Shown here: positions 32,029-40,808 of the stretch, piece by piece | How positions within the stretch are numbered: the stretch's first letter is position 1 | Layout: each line of letters opens with the position of its first letter | Origin: Flavobacteriales bacterium | Lineage (GTDB): Bacteria > Bacteroidota > Bacteroidia > Flavobacteriales > Flavobacteriaceae | Assembly: GCA_038204955.1 (NCBI GenBank) | Contig: JBBRCJ010000008.1 | Coordinates: 2,187-66,186 of the forward strand | Reading direction: 5' to 3' | DNA: 64,000 nt | Translations under genes and position numbers: made by a program | Notes under the pieces: model-generated | Databases searched by the model: none | What the model saw: the letters and a program-made list of their open reading frames with translations, nothing else | Told to the model about the DNA's origin: nothing

Positions 32029-33040
32029 TTAGCCAATCAACATATTTTTTTCTGTTCACATCGTGTTGTAATAATGTTGAAGCAAATTCATGATACCCAA
32101 ATTTAGTTACACTAGCACAAAAGAAAACATAATCATTATCATCAGGATTTAAAACTGCATCAATAGCAGATATATCTGGCATTGCTATGGGTCCTGGTGG
32201 CAAACCTGATACTTTGTAGGTATTGTAAGGAGATGCAATTAATAAGTCATCGTACAATACTCGTTTTATAATTTGGTCAAAATTATTATCTCGCAACTTT
32301 AATGAATAAATCACGGTTGGGTCGGCTTGTAAAGGCATTCCCATTGCCAATCGGTTTAAATATACTTTTGCCACAACTGGCCGTTCGTCCACTTTAACGG
32401 TTTCTTTATGTACAATTGATGCTAATGTGATAACTTCAACAGGGGAAAGATTTAATTTTTTAGCTTTTGCTTTTCGCTCCTCCGTCCAAAATTTATTATA
32501 TTCAGCAATCATTTTATCGCGAAATTTATCAGCAGTAATATTCCAGTAAAACTGATATGAATTAGGAATAAACATAGCAATTACATTGTTTTTAGTGAAA
32601 TTATTTTGCTTTAAAAAGGCTTCATTTCTAAAAGCTGCCAATAATTTAGTAGTATCGGGTTCTATTTGTGAACTAATTCGAACGCATAAATTTTCCAATC
32701 GCTCTTGATTATTAAAGGCCAAATTTACGGGAACATTTCTTCGTAAAGTTGCCACCAATGCATAACTGCTCATTCCTTTTTTAAATAAAAAACGACCCGA
32801 TTTTACATTTTCAGGATAGGAACGTTTGTTGGCAATAAATTCAAAATTAGAGAAATTTTGAATGTAAGGTGAAATTATTTTTTTTACGTCTTCGTAATTT
32901 GAACCCGTTGGTATGTTTACGAAAAATTCTTTTTTAGAAAAAGTAGTATTGTCCGTAAAATATTTTATAAACAGTATTCCTGTAGTTATTATTACGATTG
33001 TAACAACGGATAATAAAGCGATTTTAAATTTTTTATTCAA
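32006..33040 (-). CDS. mltG: endolytic murein transglycosylase
   Basis: 344 aa with an N-terminal TM and the YceG domain (LASIVHKET, PLQADPTVIY, SPYNTY). Confidence 0.9.
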   Translation of the reverse strand: MNKKFKIALLSVVTIVIITTGILFIKYFTDNTTFSKKEFFVNIPTGSNYEDVKKIISPYIQNFSNFEFIANKRSYPENVKSGRFLFKKGMSSYALVATLRRNVPVNLAFNNQERLENLCVRISSQIEPDTTKLLAAFRNEAFLKQNNFTKNNVIAMFIPNSYQFYWNITADKFRDKMIAEYNKFWTEERKAKAKKLNLSPVEVITLASIVHKETVKVDERPVVAKVYLNRLAMGMPLQADPTVIYSLKLRDNNFDQIIKRVLYDDLLIASPYNTYKVSGLPPGPIAMPDISAIDAVLNPDDNDYVFFCASVTKFGYHEFASTLLQHDVNRKKYVDWLNARGTNR

Positions 33041-33052
33041 AATAAAAATGAT

Positions 33053-33586
33053 TTAATGATTGGGATTGATTAATTGAAAAACGGCTTCATCGTGAAAAGA
33101 ATTGTTATAATAAATCCAATCTTTTTTAGTTCCTATTTTTTCAAAATCAAATTTAGAAAAAAGTTTTAAACTTTCATTGTTATTGGTTCCAATATTTGCA
33201 TAAAGTTGGTGCAATTGCAATTGTTTAAAACTATAAGATAGTAAAAGTTCTAATGCTTCATAACCGTACCCTACATTTCGATTTTGATGATTTGAAATAA
33301 CAATTCCAATTCCTGCTCGTTTATGGTTTGGATCAAAATCAAACAAATCAATTAAACCAATGGCTTCAAAAGAATTATTTATGCAAATGGCTAGTCGTAA
33401 CTGCTTGGCTTCAAAAATATCTTGATGTGCATTTTCAAGGTATTGTTTGATTAAAAATTTGCTATAAGGTCTATTGGTGTTGCTAACATGCCAAATCTCT
33501 TCGTTATTTTCAATGGCGTAAACAAATTCTAAATCTTCGGGTTCTAAAGCTCGTAAATAAATTGAATTGCCTTTTAGTGTTATCAT
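33053..33586 (-). CDS. GNAT family N-acetyltransferase (RimJ/RimL-like)
   Basis: ORF 33053..33625. I prefer the MITLKGNSIYLRALEPEDLEF start at 33586, because the longer version would translate the REP-like hairpin. Confidence 0.8.
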   Translation of the reverse strand: MITLKGNSIYLRALEPEDLEFVYAIENNEEIWHVSNTNRPYSKFLIKQYLENAHQDIFEAKQLRLAICINNSFEAIGLIDLFDFDPNHKRAGIGIVISNHQNRNVGYGYEALELLLSYSFKQLQLHQLYANIGTNNNESLKLFSKFDFEKIGTKKDWIYYNNSFHDEAVFQLINPNH

Positions 33587-33603
33587 TTGAGGTTGGAAGT
33601 TAA

Positions 33604-33640
33604 GCCTCACCCCTACCCTCTCCAAAGGAGAGGGAGACGA
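33604..33640. repeat. REP-like hairpin element, copy 1
   Basis: CCTCACCCCTACCCTCTCCAAAGGAGAGGGAGACGAG, with stem CCCTCTCC/GGAGAGGG. It matches 59711..59747 at 35 of 37 positions. Confidence 0.8.
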
Positions 33641-33744
33641 GACGATGACATTTTTATAAATAGTTTTTACTTTTAATATTATTTGGAAGTTAGAAGTTCT
33701 GCAATCTGAAAACTGATAACTGAAAACTGAAAACTTCCTCTTTT

Positions 33745-34521
33745 TTAAAATTCAATTTCTCCTTCAAAAACTAATTGTGCAGGACCTTCAAGAAGAACGC
33801 TAGTATATTTATTATTTTCAACTTCGAATGCTACTTTTAATTGTCCGCCTTGAACGCTGATATTTATTTCGGTTTTGTTGGTTTTATTTGTTGCGTGCAT
33901 TGCAATTGCAGTGGCAGTTGCTCCTGTTCCGCACGAAAGAGTTTCGTTTTCAACGCCACGTTCGTAGGTGCGAATTGCGAAATGATTCTCAGAAATTTGG
34001 TGTACAAAGTTTATGTTACTTCCTTCTTTACCATATAAATCGCTGTTGCGAATTTGGCGTCCGATGGTTGTTACGTCAAAATTTTGCAAATCATTAACCA
34101 TCATTACGTGATGTGGCGAACCTGTGTTTAAAAAAACATAATCGTTTTCGATTTTAATTTCGTCAACGTTTTTCATTTGTAATGATATGTTTTGGTTGTC
34201 GAGAATGGTGGCGTGATGCAACCCATCGATGGCGTTGAATGTTGCTTTATTCGTAATTATATTGAGTTGTTTTGCAAAAGCTACCAAACAACGTCCGCCA
34301 TTGCCACACATTGTGCTTTGGTTGCCGTCGGAGTTGTAATAAACCATTTTGAAATCGACATTGTGTTCGTTTTCTAATAAAATAAGTCCATCGGCACCAA
34401 TGCCAAAACGTCGGTCGCACAGCTGCTTGATTAATTTTGTGTTGGCTTTTGGAAATGATAAATTTCGGTTGTCAATTAGTACAAAATCGTTTCCGGTGCC
34501 TTGGTATTTATAAAATTTCAC
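33745..34521 (-). CDS. dapF: diaminopimelate epimerase
   Basis: 258 aa with both catalytic Cys motifs (NSDGNQSTMCGNG and ETLSCGTGATA). Confidence 0.93.
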   Translation of the reverse strand: MKFYKYQGTGNDFVLIDNRNLSFPKANTKLIKQLCDRRFGIGADGLILLENEHNVDFKMVYYNSDGNQSTMCGNGGRCLVAFAKQLNIITNKATFNAIDGLHHATILDNQNISLQMKNVDEIKIENDYVFLNTGSPHHVMMVNDLQNFDVTTIGRQIRNSDLYGKEGSNINFVHQISENHFAIRTYERGVENETLSCGTGATATAIAMHATNKTNKTEINISVQGGQLKVAFEVENNKYTSVLLEGPAQLVFEGEIEF

Positions 34522-34541
34522 TTTTTTTTTGTAAAAATAGC

Positions 34542-34579
34542 AAAAAAAATGCCTTTGAAAAACTTCAAAAGCATTTTTT
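34542..34579 (-). terminator. hairpin terminator after paralog 1
   Basis: AAAAAAAATGCCTTTGAA-AAAC-TTCAAAAGCATTTTTT. The same hairpin recurs after each paralog. Confidence 0.6.
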
Positions 34580-34590
34580 GTAATTACTTT

Positions 34591-35082
34591 TTACTGAAAA
34601 ACAATTGGTTTGGTACTTTTTGGAATTCTAACAATATGGTAAGGTTGGCTAGTTGTAAGAGCAAGACCACCAATAAAGTGCGCTAGGGAAATATTGATGG
34701 TGTTTTGATTTTCATTTATACCTACTATAGTAATTTCATTTCCACCAGAACTTTCTCTCACCACATCTATACAAACGATTACATTGTAATTGGCAAAATC
34801 AATGGTAGTAGTGGTAAAAGTACTGATAACATTGTAGCACCCTGGACAATTTGTATCTACAAGACTGTTTAAAAAAGCAGTCCAAGTAGCTTGATTAGTA
34901 ATTACCGTATTTTGCTGAGTAATACCCAAACCTGCACCTATTTTCTCTCCTTTACCAATTAAAAAAGGGTTAATAACAATAGGATAGGCAATCACTGCAG
35001 ATGAGGTTACTACTGGATCTATTGCGTTGTTGGAACAACTAAAGCAAATCAAGGAAACGAAAACTATAATAATTTTTTTCAT
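34591..35082 (-). CDS. lipoprotein, tandem paralog 1 (tentatively PrcB_C-like protease-complex subunit family)
   Basis: 163 aa with lipobox ...CFSCSNN. The C-terminal pattern IDF.NYNVIVCIDVVR..(S/T)GGNEITIVGI...SQPYHIVRIPKSTKPIVF resembles PrcB C-terminal domain proteins, from memory of that family. Confidence 0.5.
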   Translation of the reverse strand: MKKIIIVFVSLICFSCSNNAIDPVVTSSAVIAYPIVINPFLIGKGEKIGAGLGITQQNTVITNQATWTAFLNSLVDTNCPGCYNVISTFTTTTIDFANYNVIVCIDVVRESSGGNEITIVGINENQNTINISLAHFIGGLALTTSQPYHIVRIPKSTKPIVFQ

Positions 35083-35102
35083 AATTTCTATTTTTTAACT
35101 AG

Positions 35103-35140
35103 AAAAAAATGCCTTTGAAAAAACTTCAAAAGCATTTTTT
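35103..35140 (-). terminator. hairpin terminator after paralog 2
   Basis: Near-identical copy of the 34542..34579 hairpin. Confidence 0.6.
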
Positions 35141-35151
35141 ATAATTGCTTT

Positions 35152-35643
35152 TTACTGAAAAACAATTGGTTTGGTACTTTTTGGAATTCTAACAATATGG
35201 TAAGGTTGACTAAGACTTGGAATAAGTCCACCAATAACGTGCGTTAAAGATACATTGATGCTGTTTTGATTTTCATTTATCCCTACTATAGTAATTTCAT
35301 TTCCGTTGGCATTATATCGCACCACATCTATACAAACGATTACATTGTAGTTCGCAAAATCAATTGTAGTAGTGGAAAAAGTACTGATTATATTATCACA
35401 ACCTGGACAAGGAGCCCAGATTAGTCCATTCAAAAAAGAAGTCCAAGCCGATTGGGTAGTAATCACAGTATTTTGCTGTGGCAACCCTAATACAACGCCC
35501 ACATTTTCCCCTTTACCAATTAAAAAAGGGGTGATAACAATTGGATAAGCAATCACTGCAGGCGTCGCTACTACTGGATCTATTGCATTGTTGGAACAAC
35601 CAAAGTAAATGAAGGAAACTAAAACTAAAATATTTTTTTTCAT
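35152..35643 (-). CDS. lipoprotein, tandem paralog 2 (PrcB_C-like, tentative)
   Basis: 163 aa with lipobox YFGCSNN. It is collinear with paralogs 1 and 3. Confidence 0.5.
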   Translation of the reverse strand: MKKNILVLVSFIYFGCSNNAIDPVVATPAVIAYPIVITPFLIGKGENVGVVLGLPQQNTVITTQSAWTSFLNGLIWAPCPGCDNIISTFSTTTIDFANYNVIVCIDVVRYNANGNEITIVGINENQNSINVSLTHVIGGLIPSLSQPYHIVRIPKSTKPIVFQ

Positions 35644-35663
35644 AATTTCTATTTTTTAACTAG

Positions 35664-35700
35664 AAAAAAATGACCTTGAAAAACTTCAAAAGCATTTTTT
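35664..35700 (-). terminator. hairpin terminator after paralog 3
   Basis: Copy of the same hairpin (TGACCTTGAA...TTCAAAAGCA). Confidence 0.55.
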
Positions 35701-35711
35701 ATAATTGCTTT

Positions 35712-36203
35712 TTACTGAAAAACAATTGGTTTGGTACTTTTTGGAATTCTAACAATATGGTAAGGTTGACTGTCAAGAAGAAAAAAGCCACCAATAACAT
35801 GCGTTAAAGATACATTGATGGTATTTTGATTTTCATTTATACCTACTATAGTAATTTCATTTCCACCTGTAGTTCCTCTCACCACATCTATACAAACGAT
35901 TACATTGTAATTCGTAAAATCAATTGTAGTAGTGGAAAAAGTACTAATTACGTTGTTGCATCCCGGACAATTTGTGTCTACAAGACTGTTTAAAAAAGCA
36001 GTCCAAGTAGCTTGATTAGTAATTACCGTATTTTGCTGAGTAATACCCAAACCTGCACCTATTTTCTCTCCTTTACCAATTAAAAAAGGGTTAATAACAA
36101 TTGGATAGGCAATCACTGCAGGCGAGGCTACTACTGGATCTATTGCATTGTTAGAACAACCAAAGTAAATGAAGGAAACTAAAACTAAAATAATTTTTTT
36201 CAT
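35712..36203 (-). CDS. lipoprotein, tandem paralog 3 (PrcB_C-like, tentative)
   Basis: 163 aa with lipobox YFGCSNN. It starts 12 nt downstream of the S8 protease stop. Confidence 0.5.
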   Translation of the reverse strand: MKKIILVLVSFIYFGCSNNAIDPVVASPAVIAYPIVINPFLIGKGEKIGAGLGITQQNTVITNQATWTAFLNSLVDTNCPGCNNVISTFSTTTIDFTNYNVIVCIDVVRGTTGGNEITIVGINENQNTINVSLTHVIGGFFLLDSQPYHIVRIPKSTKPIVFQ

Positions 36204-36215
36204 AATTTCTATTTT

Positions 36216-39200
36216 TTAATTTTTAATTAATGTTTTTACAGCTACAATTTGCCCGTTGCAAACCAAGGCTACCGTATATAAGCCAGCTGCATAATTGGTA
36301 GTATTAATGTTTATTTCTGACGCTTCCACATTCAATGAATATGTATTTAAAGCATTTGTGGTGCCATAACTCCCTACTACCATTAAATTGGCAGTGGTTG
36401 CTGTATTTATTTTATAGTTTACTTTGATGGTATCACTAGCAGGATTGGGTATTATGGTAGAAAGGGTGTCTGGCTTAAAGGTTACTTGTACCTCATCATA
36501 ATCTTTAAAACCGTCGGCAGTTGCAATAACTTCTAGCTTGTACTTTTTGGCAGCATCGGCTGTAACGGTAAGGTCTTTACCAGTAAAAACCAGTGTATTT
36601 TGTTCATTGTACCAATTGTAAACTGCAGCTTCATTGATTTGAACTGCTGAAAGGGTAACCGCTTCATTGCGATTAACCACAACATCGGCGCCCGCAGCAG
36701 CATCAAAAGCAACCCGCGCTTGGTTGTTAATTTCGAACGTTTCGCCCCCTATAACCTTGTTGGTCAAGGCGTCTTTTTGAATTACTCGATACAGGTACTT
36801 TGTTTTTGGAGTCAACTGGTCGGTTAAAAAGTTGAATTTTAAATTTAATATCCCTACTTCATTGGCTTCAAAAGCAATGTTGTTAACCAGTACATGATTC
36901 CCTTCTACAATTTTTTGCTTTTCGCTGGCAGTTGGTTGCAGTAACTGTCCTTGTTTTCCGCCTCTTTGCCACGCATTGAACAATGTTTCGTCCATTTTTA
37001 ATGTTATTTCTGCCGCATCATAAATGGGTTTACCAGGTTCTAAAAGGTCTTTTTCAATTTCAAGATAAAAGGCTCTTGGGGTATTAAACGGGTTGGCAAT
37101 GGCTACTGATGCATTAAAACTTGGTGCTTCGCCCGGTACCACATTGGTTTCATTATTAACAATAGTAATGTTTTTCCAAGCTACATTATTGCTGTTTTGT
37201 ACATACTCTACAATACCAATTGGGTCGGGTGAAGAGGGTAGTTCAGGCACAAGGCCTTCAATACGTGACAACAAACAAAAATGCCAAGGTTCAGGGATGT
37301 TTGAATAAACGTTAGGGTCAGGCACAGCCCAAGGAAATTTTATAATGACCGTTTCCCCTGAATTTACAACTGGAATTGGTAGGCTTCCAATGACATTGCC
37401 CAAAAGTTGGTTGCTGTTGTTGTTGAAAAAAACGCCTCCGTTCCACGGATTTGGATAATCTAAACCTGTAGACGCTTTGGCCCAATAGGTTTTTAAAACA
37501 AAGTTGGGAGTTGACGGACTACAGCCTCTGTTGTCTACTTTTACATACAAATAATTTGGAGTACCATCACTATGATAGTTCGGATTTTGATGCGTTGTTC
37601 CGTTATCATCAGTATTGCGGATCCACATGGCTTGGCTTTCCCAAAAAGCAGTGGTTATGGTATTGGGTTCCTCCCCAATATCGGCTGGCGAATCTTTAAC
37701 AAACAAATCAATATTGGCATTTTGGGTTTGTTGTGCCATTTGTACTGCCGCTAAAGCATCTACAATACCGTAACCCATCTCTACATTCCAAGTACCATTA
37801 GTACGGTTCGTTGTAGTGCTATAATTATAGGGATTGCCCTGCAGAGGTGTTATGTTTTTTCGAGCTGTAGATTCAATAATGTTTCTTACTTGCGCTCCTG
37901 TAAAACAAGGATTTAATGCTAGAATTAAGGCAGCGACACCAGCAACATGTGGCGCTGCAGCAGAAGTACCACTATCTTTTAAAAATCCATTATTAGGTGT
38001 GGTAGAATATATATCTTCCCCTGGAGCTACTATATCAAGTTGCGAACCGTAACTTGATGATGCTCTTCTGTTGTTGTTTGAGGATACTGCACCAACTGCT
38101 AATACATTTGGGTTTTCGTTAGCTGGATAAAAAACAGAACTGCCATTGTTGCCAGAGGCAAAAACTACTACACAGCCCAATCGATGTCTTCCTGAATTTA
38201 AAGCATCGGCTATAGCATTATTTAGTAAATCGCTGTAAAAAAAACCATAATTAGAAGTGTTTTGAGTACTTACTCCCCACGAGTTGTTAATAACTTCGGC
38301 ATTACCCACTTGCCAAGACCAACTAATACCATTGGCTAGTTGCTCAGACAAACTTGGAGTAATCGCCAACTTGGTACTTACACTTATCAACTTACATTGT
38401 GGCGCCACCCCAGTTATTTGTATGCCATTGTTGCGTGCAGCACCAATAATACCTCCAACGTGTGTTCCGTGTTGAAAAAATGGTGAGGTGGAATCTATAA
38501 TGCTAGGTTGTGGGTTGGTCAAAGACGACTCGGTATCATAACTTAACGGGGCAATGTTAGCAGCCAGGTCTATGTGGTCTAGTTGTAAACCAGTATCAAT
38601 AACAGCAACTTTAACGCCAGTGCCTTGTGAAATTGCAAAGGCTTCGCATGCTTTAATTTTGGGCAAGTTCCATTGTTGCCCTAACAAAGGGTCATTACTA
38701 CAAGGCACTACGGGAGGTATTGTACTAACTGGGTTTTGATTTGACGTATCACTTACAGGATCAAAAGTGTAGTCTAACATAAATGCTGGGTCAATACTTT
38801 CAAACAAATTTGTTTCAAAAAAAATATTGGTCAATTCAACAGTAGTTTCAATAGTATTGCTTTTTCTATACAAAGCAAACCAAAGCGGCATAAACTTGTT
38901 TTGATAAAGTACGGTCACATTTTTTTCAAGAGCCAACTGTTTTAATTTGGTGGTGTCACTTAAGGTGGACAATTTTATATAAAACAAATTTGATGTACCT
39001 ACTGATTTAGTATCTGATGTTTTGTAAAATTTTGCAACACCAGTAACCCCATTCGTATTTTTTAAAGCATTTACCTTTTGTAAATATTCAATATCATTGG
39101 GTTCGTTTACAAATTCAAGTCGCGCAAATTTTTCATTTGCTTTTAATTTGGTATCCAATAATTTAAACTCTTTTACATTCAAATTAGTTATTGAAGCTGC

Positions 39201-39356
39201 ATTGAAAGTATTATCAACAAACAAGTTGACATATTTTTTTTCTTCTACTAATTTTTGCTGTTTCCCTTTGTAATAGTAGTAATTACTTTGACTAAAGATT
39301 GCTGTACTGCACAAAAACAACACTACAAATTTAATTTTTTTTAATTTCTGTTTCAT
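36216..39356 (-). CDS. S8 family (subtilisin-like) serine peptidase with a T9SS C-terminal sorting domain
   Basis: 1046 aa with a signal peptide. The catalytic triad motifs are AVIDTGL (Asp), HGTHVGGIIGA (His) and SGTSAAAPHVAGVAALI (Ser). The C-terminal IIPNPASDTIKVNY...LYTVALVCNGQIVAVKTLIKN is typical of the type A T9SS sorting signal. Confidence 0.9.
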   Translation of the reverse strand: MKQKLKKIKFVVLFLCSTAIFSQSNYYYYKGKQQKLVEEKKYVNLFVDNTFNAASITNLNVKEFKLLDTKLKANEKFARLEFVNEPNDIEYLQKVNALKNTNGVTGVAKFYKTSDTKSVGTSNLFYIKLSTLSDTTKLKQLALEKNVTVLYQNKFMPLWFALYRKSNTIETTVELTNIFFETNLFESIDPAFMLDYTFDPVSDTSNQNPVSTIPPVVPCSNDPLLGQQWNLPKIKACEAFAISQGTGVKVAVIDTGLQLDHIDLAANIAPLSYDTESSLTNPQPSIIDSTSPFFQHGTHVGGIIGAARNNGIQITGVAPQCKLISVSTKLAITPSLSEQLANGISWSWQVGNAEVINNSWGVSTQNTSNYGFFYSDLLNNAIADALNSGRHRLGCVVVFASGNNGSSVFYPANENPNVLAVGAVSSNNNRRASSSYGSQLDIVAPGEDIYSTTPNNGFLKDSGTSAAAPHVAGVAALILALNPCFTGAQVRNIIESTARKNITPLQGNPYNYSTTTNRTNGTWNVEMGYGIVDALAAVQMAQQTQNANIDLFVKDSPADIGEEPNTITTAFWESQAMWIRNTDDNGTTHQNPNYHSDGTPNYLYVKVDNRGCSPSTPNFVLKTYWAKASTGLDYPNPWNGGVFFNNNSNQLLGNVIGSLPIPVVNSGETVIIKFPWAVPDPNVYSNIPEPWHFCLLSRIEGLVPELPSSPDPIGIVEYVQNSNNVAWKNITIVNNETNVVPGEAPSFNASVAIANPFNTPRAFYLEIEKDLLEPGKPIYDAAEITLKMDETLFNAWQRGGKQGQLLQPTASEKQKIVEGNHVLVNNIAFEANEVGILNLKFNFLTDQLTPKTKYLYRVIQKDALTNKVIGGETFEINNQARVAFDAAAGADVVVNRNEAVTLSAVQINEAAVYNWYNEQNTLVFTGKDLTVTADAAKKYKLEVIATADGFKDYDEVQVTFKPDTLSTIIPNPASDTIKVNYKINTATTANLMVVGSYGTTNALNTYSLNVEASEININTTNYAAGLYTVALVCNGQIVAVKTLIKN

Positions 39357-39657
39357 AGATAATAAGTTGATTTACTAAACCAACTTTTAATTAAAGTTTA
39401 AAATTATCAATTCTTCAATTTAAAATTACAAGTTCACATAAAAATGTTTGTTGGTTCTAATCAACAAAAACATTAAAAACTACCAAAAGCCTTAGATAAA
39501 ACTTATAAAAGAATTATACTAAATTAAAGGTTAGGTGAAAATTAAATTTAAAAATAGACAATTTACTTACTTAAATTAAGAGCTGATTAACAATTTTTTA
39601 TGCTAAATTAACAAAAAAATCAAATGAAAAAACATTAAAAAAATTAATTACTTAAAA

Positions 39658-40026
39658 TTAATATTGGTTGGTTGCCAAAAGTACCAAAGTACAAGCGATT
39701 TCATACTTAATTTTATTTAATTCTAACAATTGATAGAACTCTGGATTTTCGGTTCCTGGGTTAAAAATTACTCGTTTTGGTTTGGTTTCAATAATGTAAT
39801 TGTAATATTCTCGTTGGCGCGCTGGGTTTAAATAGAGCGTTACTGTATTAATTTTAGACAGTGGAATGGCTTTGGTACGAATTTTTACACCTGCCACTTC
39901 ACCTGTATTTTGCCCAATAGCTATAACCGAATGTCCTTTTTCAACAAGTGATTCGATGGCTTTGTAGGCATATTTTTCTGGTTTAGTGCTTGCTCCGAGT
40001 AGCACAGTTTTTTTATTTTTTATCAT
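39658..40026 (-). CDS. CoA-binding domain protein (YccU-like)
   Basis: 122 aa. The pattern GAS.KPEKYAYKA...GH.V..IG fits the CoA_binding_2 family. Confidence 0.75.
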   Translation of the reverse strand: MIKNKKTVLLGASTKPEKYAYKAIESLVEKGHSVIAIGQNTGEVAGVKIRTKAIPLSKINTVTLYLNPARQREYYNYIIETKPKRVIFNPGTENPEFYQLLELNKIKYEIACTLVLLATNQY

Positions 40027-40043
40027 TTTTTTAATTTTTTTTT

Positions 40044-40083
40044 CTCACTCCGACTTTCTACCAAGGAGAGAGACGGGACTTGA
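40044..40083. repeat. degenerate REP-like hairpin element, copy 3
   Basis: CTCACTCCGACTTTCTACCAAGGAGAGAGACGGGAC is a diverged relative of the 33604 and 59711 elements. It sits about 18 nt 5' of the CoA-binding gene start. Confidence 0.45.
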
Positions 40084-40181
40084 AAAGTTTACTTGTTTTT
40101 TACTTTAATTATTATCTAATTATTAATTGACACGAATTTGTTTGATGGTGTAAATTTAGTAACTATTTTTGCAAAAAAAAG

Positions 40182-40808
40182 ATGGAACTATTTATTTATT
40201 TGTTTGCTTCGTTATTTTCGGTTTTAAACCCGATTGGAGCGGTTCCGATTTTTGTTGGAATGACTTCGCATTTTGAAAAACCAGAGCGTTTGCGAGTGTC
40301 ACTTTGGACTTCGATTAACGTACTTTTAATTTTAATAATTTCTTATTTTGTGGGGCAATATGTACTTTCGTTTTTCGGAATTACTATAAATGCTTTGCGA
40401 ATTGCTGGGGGAATTATTATTTCTAATTCGGGTTTTGCTTTACTTAACACCAATTTTAATAAAACACGAGGTATTAATAAAAAGGTAGAAATAGCCTCGC
40501 AAAACAGAAGTGATATTTCGTTGACTCCCTTAGCGATTCCTCTATTGGCAGGACCTGGTTCTATTTCACTTTTAATTGCTTTTTATCAAGAGCATCACGC
40601 AAAGGTAACCGATATAATTTCCTCAGTAGCAGCAATTGTAATGGTTTCGGCGGTAATTTATTTAATTTTAAGAAGCGCGCATTACTTGGCGAAAGCATTG
40701 GGCCCATCGGGAATTATTGCTATTTCACGAATTGTGGGTTTTTTAACCATTGCTATCGGAGTTCAATACATTATTAGTTCGGTTTTAAGTATCATTCGTG
40801 GTATTTAA
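40182..40808 (+). CDS. MarC/NAAT family membrane protein
   Basis: 208-aa polytopic protein with VLNPIGAVPIF and PLAIPLLAGPG motifs. Confidence 0.85.
   Translation: MELFIYLFASLFSVLNPIGAVPIFVGMTSHFEKPERLRVSLWTSINVLLILIISYFVGQYVLSFFGITINALRIAGGIIISNSGFALLNTNFNKTRGINKKVEIASQNRSDISLTPLAIPLLAGPGSISLLIAFYQEHHAKVTDIISSVAAIVMVSAVIYLILRSAHYLAKALGPSGIIAISRIVGFLTIAIGVQYIISSVLSIIRGI

Noticed and set aside
33587-33625. Longer GNAT ORF starting MERVGVRLNFQPQ.
   Set aside because: Those codons are the translated REP-like hairpin (33604-33640). The internal ATG at 33586 gives a typical RimJ/RimL-like N-terminus.
34542-36215. Three ~560-bp tandem repeats considered as a satellite or CRISPR-like array. The 43-47.7 kb array was likewise considered as CRISPR.
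   Set aside because: The repeats are hundreds of bp long. The units at 34.5-36.2 kb are complete lipoprotein genes, and the 'spacers' at 43-47.7 kb are protein-coding cassettes. No 25-40 bp repeat/spacer periodicity or cas genes are present.
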